Position numbers and translations under genes: made by a program. A stretch of 63,598 bases of DNA, counting the filler, from Octopus bimaculoides (lineage: Eukaryota): NCBI RefSeq assembly GCF_001194135.2. It is 6 parts of 6 records of this genome, joined end to end, with 100 filler letters (N's around TTAATTAATTAA, not from the genome) between each part and the next. Parts side by side here need not be neighbours in the genome. Positions count along the whole stretch, not along the records: positions 1 to 6,641 come from NC_068996.1; positions 6,742 to 29,888 come from NC_069003.1; 4 more parts are not named here. One strand, written 5' to 3'. Numbering within the stretch: position 1 is the first letter of the stretch; each line of letters begins with the position of its first letter. Of the stretch, positions 1-12,354 are shown in pieces. The notes beneath the pieces were generated by a model. It ran no database searches and had not been told where the DNA came from. It saw only the letters and a program-made list of their open reading frames with translations.

Positions 1-789
1 CTTACTAAAGTTGACTTGAAACCATGGTACAGAATATAGATTGGTAAAAGTTTTTATTTTTCATTTCCTTTCGAAATTATCCCTAACTTTTGTGGTATGT
101 AGTATTTTTGCTGCTATTTCTAGCGAGTAGATGTCCTATTATAGGCGTCTCTGCATTTCTAATGAATATATATATATATATGTATGTATGTATGTATATA
201 TGTATATATATATATTTGTCTATGCCTTTGTTCTGTATTCCCCACCACCACCACCACCGATTATCATAGTTATTCAGCAAAAGGGACCGGGAAAAATGTA
301 CTGAGAGCGAGATATATTCGGCTAAAAATTCTCCAAGGCAGTGCTCCAGTATGGCTGCAGTCTAATAATCGATACAAGTAAACGATAAAAAAATAAAACC
401 GACAATGACCAAGCGGGGGCAGAAGATAAACACATCAAAAACGAAACGACACACACATGCACACACGGCACGCGCCTTCGCGCACACACACATATATTGA
501 ATATACGACGAGTTTTTGTTTTTTTTTTAGTTTGTTTAACAAATCCACTCATAAATCTTCGGTCAGTTCGTGACTACTGTAGATAGCACTTGACGAAGGT
601 GCCGTGAAGTAGTACTCAAGCCAAGACCACAAGCTTGCGAAGAAAGCTTCTCTAACACATTCCCCATGCCAGCGACTATATATAACCTGATAAGTGAGGA
701 AATAATTTTGTTGCTCAAAAAGCGCAATGAAACAATAGGAAACAAAGGCGATGTGGCTCCATTGTCCATCGTCACGCGTATGTATATGC

Positions 790-1180
790 TTTTACAATTG
801 TGTCTCAACTTGTTAGTCGCAATTCAGAATCGAGTTACAGCATGTTGGATCCTTTCTTTCTAACAAGTTAAAGTTTTTGGTTTCTCGTTGAAATATATCT
901 TCGTTATGTCTTTTCTTTACTTATTTCTATGGTCATTACTCAGATATACTTTTTGGTCCAGTCCCCTCTTTCAAAACCTTCAAACTTGCCAGCCGTTTCT
1001 TTTCCCAAGTACATTGTATCTGTTGAGCTCTCTGTTAGTCATAAGTCACTTTATTTTAAGAGCTTCTATCCTCGAAATGCTGCCCTCTGGAAGTTGCTAT
1101 CACCATCTCGTTTTCAAATTCAGATTTGAGCGCTTAATATGGCAGCTCTCTTTCTCGTTATTAGGTACTTATCACGTAGA
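790..1180 (+). mobile_element. CR1-group LINE, decayed 3' end of the RT ORF
   Basis: Frameshifted segments LNLLVAIQNRV, YFYGHYSDIL and YFKSFYPRNAALWKLL resemble the C-terminal motifs (LD.+Q.R, YFYG.CS.EL, SF+PRT..LWN.L) of CR1/L2-group LINEs. Confidence 0.55.
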
Positions 1181-3043
1181 CTGAGAGCGCAGTACTAGCG
1201 TCGCTTACCATTTTAATCCAAAGGTGTTGAAATATCTCTTCACATTGACCTAATTTTTATTTATTTTTCCATCTACTGAAAGTCCTATCACGATAAAAGA
1301 CTGGTGACTTGCACAGAGTAACCATTTGGATGGTCACATTTACATATCTGCACATAGACAGCCATAATCATATACTAGTATTGTCGCCGTGTCTTCCTAT
1401 GATACGGACCAACTCCATAGAGTTTTTAGCGATAGTACTTCTCACCCAAGTTCTTGGAAAACAATGCAGTGGGACTGAAATGTGGTTCGAGTGGTTATGG
1501 ACAGGAAGTGAGAAATGTCAACACCACAGAGAAGTATGTATCTTTTATATATCATTGTTTAATTTATGCAGACTGATACGCATTCTATCGGCCACTTTTC
1601 CCGAATCGCTAGATTTAATGGTGCAAACAAACTGACACCCCTTTGTTAAGCTGTCGTGGTGGGGACAAGTACAAAGGCACACACACATACACACATATAG
1701 ATATACGTATACATACATATATGTGCGTATAGACAAATATGTATACATAAATATATGCATACATATATACATATACATATTTATACATATATACATATAT
1801 ACACAAACATATATATATATATATACGTATATATACATATATACATACATATATATACATATATACACACATATATATATATACATACATATATATAAAT
1901 ATATACATGTATATATCTATACACGTATGTATATATGATTATATATATATATATGTACATATATGTTTATATTTTAGTTAGCCCGAAGTTTTAGTAGAAG
2001 ACACTTTCTCAAGGTGTCACGCAGTGAGACGACTCCCTCCAAACCATATCGTTTGTAAGTAAACCTCCTACTCTAAAGCCACTTCAGATCTGTAAAGACA
2101 TTAGCAGCCTCATTCGAAAATACGAATAATTTATATATTTTTATCAGAAAATGGAAAGAGTAGAATCTTCGTTCTTTAATTTTCTCTGAAGATTATATTC
2201 TCGGACATGCTAAGAATATCTTATAAACTTCCAAAGTGGAGGTTTATATTGTGAACTAGAACATATATATATATATAGTGAAACAATTTCCAGAAAGTCG
2301 GTGTTGTATCAGTTCCAGGAGAGTTGCAGACGATTCCCTATGGTGAAGTTTCTTATTGAGCCTCATACTATATTACAGTGGTTCAAACTACACTATACGA
2401 CTTTTAGGAGATATAGGGAACGCAGATATCAGAAGGGTGAAGTTACTGTCGTCCATCTTACTGGGGCGCCGCTCTCCTTAAAATATTTTTGGTGAGAAAG
2501 AAGCCATTTAAGTTTATATAATATAGTTGAGATAGTAACTGTAGAAAAAACTCTAAACAAAAAATTCATAGTTGGGGGTATAATAGACAATTTAACACTT
2601 TTTAACAAGTGTATCAGCGGTGATTATTGCAGAAGTCCTCTATGATATCCATGCCATAAATCTTGTGATTTAAATAGTGAGCCGGAACATAATCAAAACA
2701 CATAAATTATAACAAAATTAGACAGCTGGTGAAAAGATTATATCGTGCAAAATAGGCTTGGTAGAAAAATGTTTAACAAAGGTATCTAAATATACTTATA
2801 GTTTCTAAATTAATCCACGGCGAGCTAATTTGTATATTATTGCTTTGCCATCATCACTGTACATTCCAGAGTTCAGATAGTATACTGTCGTGGATTTCAT
2901 GAATAATACCAATGATATATCAATGTCGTAGTTTATGTAGGAGACCAGACCATATGTACAAGGTACAGAAATAAACATGAATAATTTATAATGAAATTAT
3001 ACTGCTGATGCAAATGAAAATATGGGGAAGATGGGCTTACACG

Positions 3044-3237
3044 TTTGTTTCAGTCATTTGACTGTGGCCATGCTGGAGCACCGCCTTTAGTCGAACAATT
3101 CAATCCCAGAACTTATTCTTTGTAAGCCTAGTACTTATCCTATCGGTTGTTTTGTCGAAACGCCAAGTTACGAGGGCATAAACACACTAACACTGGTTGT
3201 CAAGCGATGGTGGGGCGAAAAACACGGACAAACATAT

Positions 3238-3283
<46 letters not shown>

Positions 3284-3375
3284 GACACTTACCCAAGGTA
3301 CCACGCAGTGGGATTGATCCCGGAACCATGTGGTTGGTAAACAAACTACTTACCGCACACCCGCCCCTGCGCTTA
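3044..3375 (-). mobile_element. tRNA-derived SINE, family A (octopus-type)
   Basis: Shares the tail 'gtcatttgactgtggccatgctggagcaccgcc...' with many copies in the window; a tRNA-like head lies at 3290-3375 on the minus strand. Confidence 0.85.
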
Positions 3376-3499
3376 GTATACAATATGTTCAGCAACATTG
3401 CTTAAAAATTCATATCGTTTCTAAACTTTTCTATGGAGTGTACATTTACATTTAAAGTTTCGGAACGGTATTTTCGAGTAATGGTTGGCAGAAGGCTGG

Positions 3500-4075
3500 A
3501 CTGAATGCTAGAATTGCGGGTGATGACATGATGATGCACGAGCTACAACATTTGGTCCTCTGATGAAGAGAACTTGGCAAAAAATCCTCACAAACTCGTT
3601 AACTTCAATTTCGTTTTCCTGCCTATCCTCAGCTATGATGATGAATGTTGGATAATGACCAAAATAGTATAACCGCGAAAGCATGTTATCAAAGCGCGGA
3701 CTCTCTGAAGGCTTTCCAGAGTAACGTTATGCAGTTGGGTCATTAATTCAGAAAGTAAGGGATCTCTAAATCGAACCGCTACTCTTCCGCATTAAGAGAT
3801 CGCAACTCCTGTAATACAAACGTGTTAGAGTGTCACAGAAAAGAGTAGGAAAATGGTTTCTTCAATCCAAGCTACTGGCAGGACACCTAGGAGTACCTAG
3901 ATGGGGATTGTTGGATAATATCACTAGTCTCAACTTGTCATACTTAGGACTCCAACGAGAATACTTAATGCCAGTTGCTTCCGATAGGACTTTATGGAGG
4001 TGCCTGGGGACTCTATCCCGACGCCCCAACCGGGAACAGTGGGTGGAGAAACTGAATAGATAGAACATGCCATCA
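3500..4075 (+). mobile_element. RTE-clade LINE, C-terminal fragment
   Basis: PILSYDDECWIMT, EPLLFRIKRSQL and VASDRTLWRCL match RTE C-terminal motifs (P.L.YG.ECW, EPLL.RI.RSQLRW, VA.DR..WR). Contains stops and frameshifts. Confidence 0.8.
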
Positions 4076-4115
4076 TCTCTGCATATTACAGAGTAATAAT
4101 AGCGTACTTTTATAG

Positions 4116-4163
4116 CTTTCAGGAATAATCACAATGTTATAACATTGTGATTATTCCTGAAAG
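4116..4163. repeat. Perfect 48-bp palindrome with no spacer
   Basis: ctttcaggaataatcacaatgtta|taacattgtgattattcctgaaag; the 24-bp arms are exact reverse complements. Confidence 0.97.
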
Positions 4164-4194
4164 TGGCATTTTATAAAGTGAACCAAAATATATA

Positions 4195-4605
4195 CTCTCT
4201 TACTCTTTTACTTGTTTCAGTCATTTGACCGCGGCCATGCAGGAGCACCACCTTTTTAGTCGAGCAAATCGACCCAAGGACTTATTCTTTGGAAGCCTAG
4301 TACTTATTCTATCGGTCTCTTTTGCCGAACGGCTATTTTACGGGGACGTAAACACACCACCATCGGTTGTCAAGCGATGTTGGGGGGACAAATACAGACA
4401 CACAAAGATATACACACACACGCACACATATATACATAAATACGACGGGCTTCTTTCAGTTTCCGTCTACCAAATCCACTCACAAGGCTTTGGTCGGCCC
4501 GAGGCTATAGAAGACACTTGCCCAAGGTGCCACGCAGTGAGAATGAACCTGGAACCATGTGGCTGGTAAGCAAGCTACTTACTGCACAGCCACTCCTGCG
4601 CCTAT
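4195..4605 (-). mobile_element. tRNA-derived SINE, family A, near full length
   Basis: Minus strand reads: head with A box (tggctgtgcag) and B-box-like ggttcattctc, a central 'ttgggcaagtgtcttct' domain, an internal (TG/TA)n tract, and a tail ending in (gagtaaaa)-like repeats. Confidence 0.9.
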
Positions 4606-5329
4606 ACGATCAAAAATCGAAAATAAATAATTTACAGCAAAATCACACCACTGGTGCAAAACAACATATGAAGCAGATTGGTATTGCTAGGCAAGGTGTT
4701 CGGCAAAATACTTTAAATAGTCCTATCTTTACTAAACTTGACCATGATCAGCCGATTTATAGTGTATAAAATTGCTAGGTCATCAACTTTTTAGATTCTA
4801 GGTTTAAGATAGTATGCTGTCGTGAATTTTGCAAATATTAATGCTATATAAAAATTAGAAGGATTATATACCGAACTAGAATATATCTATGCTAAAAGCA
4901 TTAAAAAATGCATAATTTATAAGAAACATAGACCATTGGTGGAAAAGAAAAGGAAATTTCGCGCAAAAAGGGCCAGGCAGAGGTAAAGATGTAATCACGA
5001 AAATTGTTAAAGTCGAAACTATCGTTAAAATGCAATTAAATTGATACCAAATAATCGATTGGTATTTTGTGGTCTTAAGTTTAAGAAGAATAAATGGAAA
5101 ATATGAAGATTAAGAAGATTAGCATTTAAATCTGATCAAAGATTAACTTTATTGATGTTTTAAAAGATATAAACAGACATGTTTGTCTAACTGACCAGCT
5201 TATAAATATAACAATCATTTCATTACCTACCTATATATACGTGTGGGTGGGTGTGCCTTTGTGTGTGTGTGCGTGTGATATGTGCGCATGATATATAGAT
5301 TCAAAATTTAAATATATGTATCTATTCAG

Positions 5330-5367
<38 letters not shown>

Positions 5368-6174
5368 NNNNNNNNNNNNNNNNNNNNNNNNNNNNNNNNN
5401 NNNNNNNNNNNNNNNNNNNNNNNNNNNNNNNNNNNNNNNNNNNNNNNNNNNNNNNNNNNNNNNNNNNNNNNNNNNNNNNNNNNNNNNNNNNNNNNNNNNN
5501 NNNNNNNNNNNNNNNNNNNNNNNNNNNNNNNNNNNNNNNNNNNNNNNNNNNNNNNNNNNNNNNNNNNNNNNNNNNNNNNNNNNNNNNNNNNNNNNNNNNN
5601 NNNNNNNNNNNNNNNNNNNNNNNNNNNNNNNNNNNNNNNNNNNNNNNNNNNNNNNNNNNNNNNNNNNNNNNNNNNNNNNNNNNNNNNNNNNNNNNNNNNN
5701 NNNNNNNNNNNNNNNNNNNNNNNNNNNNNNNNNNNNNNNNNNNATATATATATATATATACATGCATACACACATGCATATATACACACACACATATCCT
5801 CTTTTCTATCAAGCCTTTAAAAGTATTTCTACAACGGCAAACAGGATTTATCTAGCACTTTTCGGATTAAAACTACACCTATGCTTTTTTGAGATAGGTA
5901 CACTCGTGTGCACACATACATGCATACATATATACACGCACACACATATATGTGTGTATGTGCACAATTGTGTAGAGTGATACATTATACTTGTGAGTAT
6001 CATATATATTATATATATTATATATATCTGTGGTTTATATGTATATATTATATAAGTATATCATATATATTATATATATTTATATCATATATATATTATA
6101 TATTATATATATTTATATATATATATATATTATATTTACATATATTATGTTATATATATAATATTCTTTCCATT

Positions 6175-6360
6175 TATTCTTTTACTTGTTTCAGTCATTT
6201 GACTGCGGTCATGCTGGAGCACGCCTTTAGTCGAGCAAATCGCCCCTGGATTTATTGTTTGTAAGCTAAGTACTTATTCTATCGGTCTCTTTTACCATCA
6301 GCTAAATTAGGGGACGTAAACACACCAGCATCGGTTCTCAAGAAATGTTGGGGGAGAGAA
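6175..6360 (-). mobile_element. SINE family A, 3' portion
   Basis: Same tail sequence as 4195-4420. Confidence 0.85.
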
Positions 6361-6378
6361 ACACACACACACAAATAT

Positions 6379-6416
<38 letters not shown>

Positions 6417-6419
6417 CGC

Positions 6420-6615
6420 TAACCACTACACACAATTTTTTCTCTCCTTTTTTTCTCTCCTTGTTGCTCTCCTTGTTTCTTTCTGTGTTCCTTTCTGTGG
6501 AAGAGCGTAAGCTCGAAACGTTAAAGACATTTTCAATTCCCGAGCGTTATACTAATACATCTATTTGTTTTCTACACCACCTGTCTTCGTCTGTCTTTTT
6601 TTTGTGAATTCTCCC
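6420..6615 (+). mobile_element. Penelope-type pLTR / 3' repeat carrying an HHR-like motif
   Basis: Homologous to 17471-17580 (minus strand) through 'gagcgt(t/c)atactaatacatc'; contains the HHR fold at 6491-6526. Confidence 0.6.
6491..6526 (+). ncRNA. Minimal type I hammerhead-like motif, variant core CUGUGGA (A6U)
   Basis: Stem I cttt/aaag; core CTGTGGA plus an extra A; stem II GAGC-gtaa-GCTC; GAAAC-GT-T with a loopless, palindromic AACGTT stem III. Confidence 0.55.
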
Positions 6616-6641
6616 TATATATATATATATATATATATATA

Positions 6642-6741
6642 NNNNNNNNNNNNNNNNNNNNNNNNNNNNNNNNNNNNNNNNNNNNTTAATTAATTAANNN
6701 NNNNNNNNNNNNNNNNNNNNNNNNNNNNNNNNNNNNNNNNN
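6642..6741. other. Assembly spacer: 44 N + TTAATTAATTAA + 44 N
   Basis: The 12-mer at 6686-6697 gives stops in all six frames; the same construct occurs five times. Confidence 0.95.
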
Positions 6742-7027
6742 TGTTGACAGCAAATGGATCGCCTCACCATCGGAACGCCACCCTTCCACAGAAAGCGGAA
6801 AAGTATGCGTTCTAGTTTCGTGATGGTGGCATCGGGACAAGGCACGACAGTCAGGCGGTAATCGATGACTGATGCGATATACACATTAGCCACCTCCGCC
6901 CGGCCTTTTAGAGATAACTTTCTCTCAGCCCATGTTTGGCTGAGTTTGATCACTCTACTGGTGATCTCGTCCCAGTTCTTATCCATTTGGAGGTCCGGAC
7001 TGAACCAGACCCCGAGCATTTTAACCG

Positions 7028-7028
<1 letters not shown>
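6742..7028 (-). mobile_element. Tx1/L1-clade LINE ORF2 fragment (post-RT region)
   Basis: [19 protein letters not shown]...WAERKLSLKGRAEVANVYIASVIDYRL; 47 of 62 aa identical to the peptide at 36275-36505. Confidence 0.9.

Positions 7029-7086
<58 letters not shown>
7028..7086. repeat. (GATA)n microsatellite
   Basis: Seen directly; abuts the 5' end of the Tx1 fragment. Confidence 0.95.
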
Positions 7087-7087
<1 letters not shown>

Positions 7088-7169
7088 TATAGATATAGAG
7101 TATCGTATATATAGATGTATATATGTGTAGATATGTATATCTGTATATATGTGTGTGTATATCTGTATG

Positions 7170-7207
<38 letters not shown>

Positions 7208-7217
7208 NNNNNNNNNN

Positions 7218-7260
<43 letters not shown>

Positions 7261-8093
7261 TTCACATTCGAAAACGTATGTATATGTGTGAGTGCCTATA
7301 CACATACGCACTTACATACATTTATAATGGTGTGTACAGAGGCTAAGTATTTATTTACCTGATGCAACGATGCGATAAATGGAGTTGTTAGTTTGAAGTA
7401 TTCTGATCAACCATATTGATCACCAAGTAGTCACCCTACTGACCTTTTTATCATTGTCTTGGGGGAAATGTCTGATGTATATATATATATATACGCATAC
7501 ACATTAGGTATAATGTATGTATGTACGTATACATGCGTGCGCGATGTGTGTGTGTATGTGTGTGTGTGTATGTGTGTNNNNNNNNNNNNNNNNNNNNNNN
7601 NNNNNNNNNNNNNNNNNNNNNNNNNNNNNNNNNNNNNNNNNNNNNNNNNNNNNNNNNNNNNNNNNNNNNNNNNNNNNNNNNNNNNNNNNNNNNNNNNNNN
7701 NNNNNNNNNNNNNNNNNNNNNNNNNNNNNNNNNNNNNNNNNNNNNNNNNNNNNNNNNNNNNNNNNNNNNNNNNNNNNNNNNNNNNNNNNNNNNNNNNNNN
7801 NNNNNNNNNNNNNNNNNNNNNNNNNNNNNNNNNNNNNNNNNNNNNNNNNNNNNNNNNNNNNNNNNNNNNNNNNNNNNNNNNNNNNNNNNNNNNNNNNNNN
7901 NNNNNNNNNNNNNNNNNNNNNNNNNNNNNNNNNNNNNNNNNNNNNNNNNNNNNNNNNNNNNNNNNNNNNNNNNNNNNNNNNNNNNNNNNNNNNNNNNNNN
8001 NNNNNNNNNNNNNNNNNNNNNNNNNNNNNNNNNNNNNNNNNNNNNNNNNNNNNNNNNNNNNNNNNNNNNNNNNNNNNNNNNNNNNNNNNNNNN

Positions 8094-8133
<40 letters not shown>

Positions 8134-8207
8134 AATAGTACATATATATATATATGTATATATGTAGTATTATTGAATACATATATACGGGTAATTTTCT
8201 AATCGTT

Positions 8208-8249
<42 letters not shown>

Positions 8250-8585
8250 CGCATACACATTAGGTATAATGTATGTATGTACGTATACATGCGTGCGCGA
8301 TGTGTGTGTGTATGTGTGTGTGTGTATGTGTGTGTGTGTATGTGTGTGTGTCTGTCTGTGTGAGTGTTTGTATGTGCGTGTGTGTGTGTGTGTGTGTGCT
8401 AGCGCGCTTTTCTGTGAATACATAGGCACTCATGCGCTTCATATCACGTATTTTATCTCACTCGAAAAGAAGTATTTATCACAAAATTGGTCAATAAAAC
8501 AGTCAAATTAAACTAATTAATGCTATGTCAAAGTTTATCTTGAATGTTGGAAGAAAACTGAAGAATTTCTAGGATGTATATACAC

Positions 8586-8623
<38 letters not shown>

Positions 8624-9137
8624 CAATGTATACATATGTCGATATCCCGTTGGTATACACTGTTAGTGATTAAGTATTTAGCTTAAATGAGGATTGAAAT
8701 GCCGAGACCCATGTACCTCAAATAAACATACATATATGTGTATGTACGTCTGCGCGTGTGTATGTATGTGTGCATATTAGACTTACACACACACATATAT
8801 ATATATATATATAGATATGATATATGTTGGTGTATGTANNNNNNNNNNNNNNNNNNNNNNNNNNNNNNNNNNNNNNNNNNNNNNNNNNNNNNNNNNNNNN
8901 NNNNNNNNNNNNNNNNNNNNNNNNNNNNNNNNNNNNNNNNNNNNNNNNNNNNNNNNNNNNNNNNNNNNNNNNNNNNNNNNNNNNNNNNNNNNNNNNNNNN
9001 NNNNNNNNNNNNNNNNNNNNNNNNNNNNNNNNNNNNNNNNNNNNNNNNNNNNNNNNNNNNNNNNNNNNNNNNNNNNNNNNNNNNNNNNNNNNNNNNNNNN
9101 NNNNNNNNNNNNNNNNNNNNNNNNNNNNNNNNNNNNN

Positions 9138-9168
<31 letters not shown>

Positions 9169-9175
9169 CGTGTAT

Positions 9176-9385
9176 TTGTGTGTCTGTGTTTGTTCCCCCA
9201 CCATCGCTTGACAACCGATGTTAGTGTGTTTACGTCCCCGTAACTTAGCGGTTCGGCAAAAGAGACTGATAGAATACGTACTAGACTTACAAAGGAAAAG
9301 TCCTGGGGTTCAATTTCTTCGACTAAAGGCGGTACTCTAGCTTTGCCGCAGTCAAATGACCGAAACAACTAAAATAATAAAAGAA
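9176..9385 (+). mobile_element. SINE family A, 3' portion
   Basis: Reverse complement of the family A tail. Confidence 0.85.
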
Positions 9386-9561
9386 TATATCTTTCTTCCT
9401 CTAGCCCTGTATTTTCTGCTCTGTCAAATAATCTAAAACAATATAATTGAAAGATCCGATGATATGTCTGAGTAAACTATCAAATATGGTGGTCGAATTC
9501 ACCTCACGAGGATTCGTCGTTTTTTCTTCTTTTTATGTGAACATATCAAAATAGCTGTATA

Positions 9562-10644
9562 TTAGAAAAATGTTATTGTAATGGTACTCAAAAACTGAGA
9601 GCCGAAATAAGTGCGGAAATAATGAAGGTTTCTTTCTACTTCTGTTGCTGGAAAAATGCTCGCCAAAATAGATTTATTTCCATTGCAGAACGAATTTTCG
9701 TAGAAAACCAATCCAGAAAGGTCGATATGATATTTAACTGTCGGCAGATTTAGACGTAGGGTCCAGAACAACGTCGTACTCTCTATATACAATTTTGTAC
9801 TGTCTTGCCAAGGCTTTCGGTTCAGTGCCATGTGACAGAATGTAGAAGGTTCTAGAACACTTCTGATTCTCTCCTCGCTTCATACGAGATATCGAAGCCC
9901 TTTGTGAGAGGATTCATTCTTAATAGGGGAAACGCATTTGTCCATCTTTTTATGCTGAAACCAGGATTAAACAGGAAGCTGTTATTAATCTTACATTTTT
10001 ATCTGTATTTCGTATATTTGCTGCAAACATTGCCACTGATTCCTGTTGGAATTCAACTTGGGACTGGAACTATAGAATGATTGCATTACAGAATTAATCC
10101 ATCCTTAACCTCTGATCAAATATCACCGGGGCATATAGTCATTATAGACGTATTATAGTCATGCTATTTAGCTCTTTCTAATTTTGAGCCGCAAGCTCAA
10201 TTAGCCTTCGCAGAAGGTAGCTTAAAATCCTGCACAGAGTGCGACTTTTAAGCTAGTTAATAATAACAGAACGATTATTCTCGCTAGCCTCTTGTACAGA
10301 TGTGAAACCCTGACGCTTTATCAAAGGTTTATAAACGTGTAGGAACGCTTCTATCAGGTAAAAGTCCGAACCATCTTGAGTATACATTGGCAGAATCATG
10401 TAACAAATAATTCTTGATCGGACCAAATTCAACATGTGAGTTTTTACATCACCTGTTTTGATGTGTTGGGCACGTCCCAACTGCTGAAGATGCTAAAGCG
10501 AATATTCATAAAGTTTGAGAAAATAAAATGCTGGACGCCTTTTAAAATAATTGTAAAGAAAACGCTGAGGAAAGGAGATATCGATGGATGAAGAAAAAAG
10601 GCCACATCGAGGAATCTTGAAGCCAATTGCATTCTAATTCTCAT
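9562..10644 (-). pseudogene. Unidentified decayed coding-like segment
   Basis: Three overlapping or successive minus-strand ORFs (9562-9831, 10253-10480, 10444-10644) in non-repetitive sequence with protein-like composition. No family recognised. Confidence 0.2.
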
Positions 10645-11284
10645 GTTTTTGTTGTCAGCGTACTTTTAGGATATAAATAGGCTGGTACAGACATCTTAGA
10701 ATATAGATAAATTCAATGGAATCAAATTCTTGACAAGGAGAGAAGTCAACGAAGTCAATATTTATGATGGTGATAATGATGGGTGCAATGGAGTGCAGGC
10801 TGGTATAGTATTGGCTCTACAGACACGCAGAGACATAGACATACACGCACATATCCACACGCTTGTACGCGCCTGTGTGTATGAAGGAAAGGTTGGAAAT
10901 GAAGTAAGCTGCTCCTTCTTGAAGACATTAAGTGATTGTCCATATAATTGAAGTGTATGTTAGATTTAAGATCAATGAAACATCAATAAATCTCCGTTAA
11001 TGAATTCCTAAAATTACATTTGCATTAGATTCATACATCATCTGTTATTGATTTCTTCCACCGACGGAAACAATTATTTCTTCACACATAAACACACTCA
11101 CGCATACACACTCGTACATAAACGCATCCACACACTCACGCAGACAAACATAAACACATAGGAACACGCAAGAACACACACAAACACATACACACTCACA
11201 CACATTCACACACACACTATTCTATGAATGCCTCTTTTCACAATCTAACGCTTTCACTTTCAGTTGATTTTCCATCACTGTCTG

Positions 11285-11578
11285 CATGTATGTATGTATG
11301 TATGTATGTATGTATGTATGTATGTATGTATGTATGTATGTATGTATGTATGTATGGCTCTATATATGCTTGTATGTAATATATGAATGTATGTATGTAT
11401 GTTTGCATCTACGTATATATGTATATGCGTATGTATGTATGTATAGAGAGAAAGATAGATGGATAGGTAGGTAGATAGATAGAAAGATAGAGACAGACAA
11501 ACAGACAGACAGACAGGCTGGCAGACAGACAGTCTGACACACAGGCCGACAAATAGACAGACAGACAGACAGACAGAA

Positions 11579-11629
<51 letters not shown>

Positions 11630-11780
11630 TAGATAGATAAATAGATAGACTAACAGACAGACAGGCTGGCAGACAGATTGACTGACAGACAGATAGATAG
11701 ACAGACAGACAGGCTGTCAGGCAGACTGACTGACAGACAGACAGACAGACAGGCAGACAGACATACGAACAGACAGATAG
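11285..11780. repeat. Compound tetranucleotide microsatellite: (TATG)n, (GATA)n, (GACA)n
   Basis: Seen directly. Confidence 0.95.
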
Positions 11781-12112
11781 TTATAGATATATACATGCAC
11801 ACAAAAATACATGTATACATTTGTGTATATACACAAAATACATACAAACGCATAGGTATACATATGTCCACATGCGTTATACCCATATATATATTCTTAT
11901 GTACATATGCACATTCATACGCATACACATACCTATGCATACGCATATATACATACATATATACATACGTATACACATACGTAAACACATACGTATACAC
12001 ATACGTATACACATGCACGTATACCAATCGCTTTATTTTATATACAAGAATATATTAGAGCTGATCATCAGCTTGCCCCACCTGTCTCTCTCCCTCTCAC
12101 TCTTTGTCTGCC

Positions 12113-12162
<50 letters not shown>

Positions 12163-12200
12163 TACACACACATATGTATGCGTAGATAGAAAAAAAGAAA

Positions 12201-12250
<50 letters not shown>

Positions 12251-12302
12251 TGATAGATAGATAGATTGATAGACAGGTAATATACATACATATATACATG
12301 CG

Positions 12303-12354
<52 letters not shown>

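Noticed and set aside
1545-1938. Many listed ORFs rich in YI/CV/HT/poly-I/poly-L/X, here and throughout the window
   Set aside because: They are translations of di- and trinucleotide microsatellites or N runs, not genes.
2187-2250. CTGAAGA followed by two hairpins
   Set aside because: It has TAAA instead of GAAA and no stem I.
2301-2495. ORF weakly like a Tc1 helix-turn-helix region
   Set aside because: Similarity is too weak, and no TIR or DDE region lies nearby.
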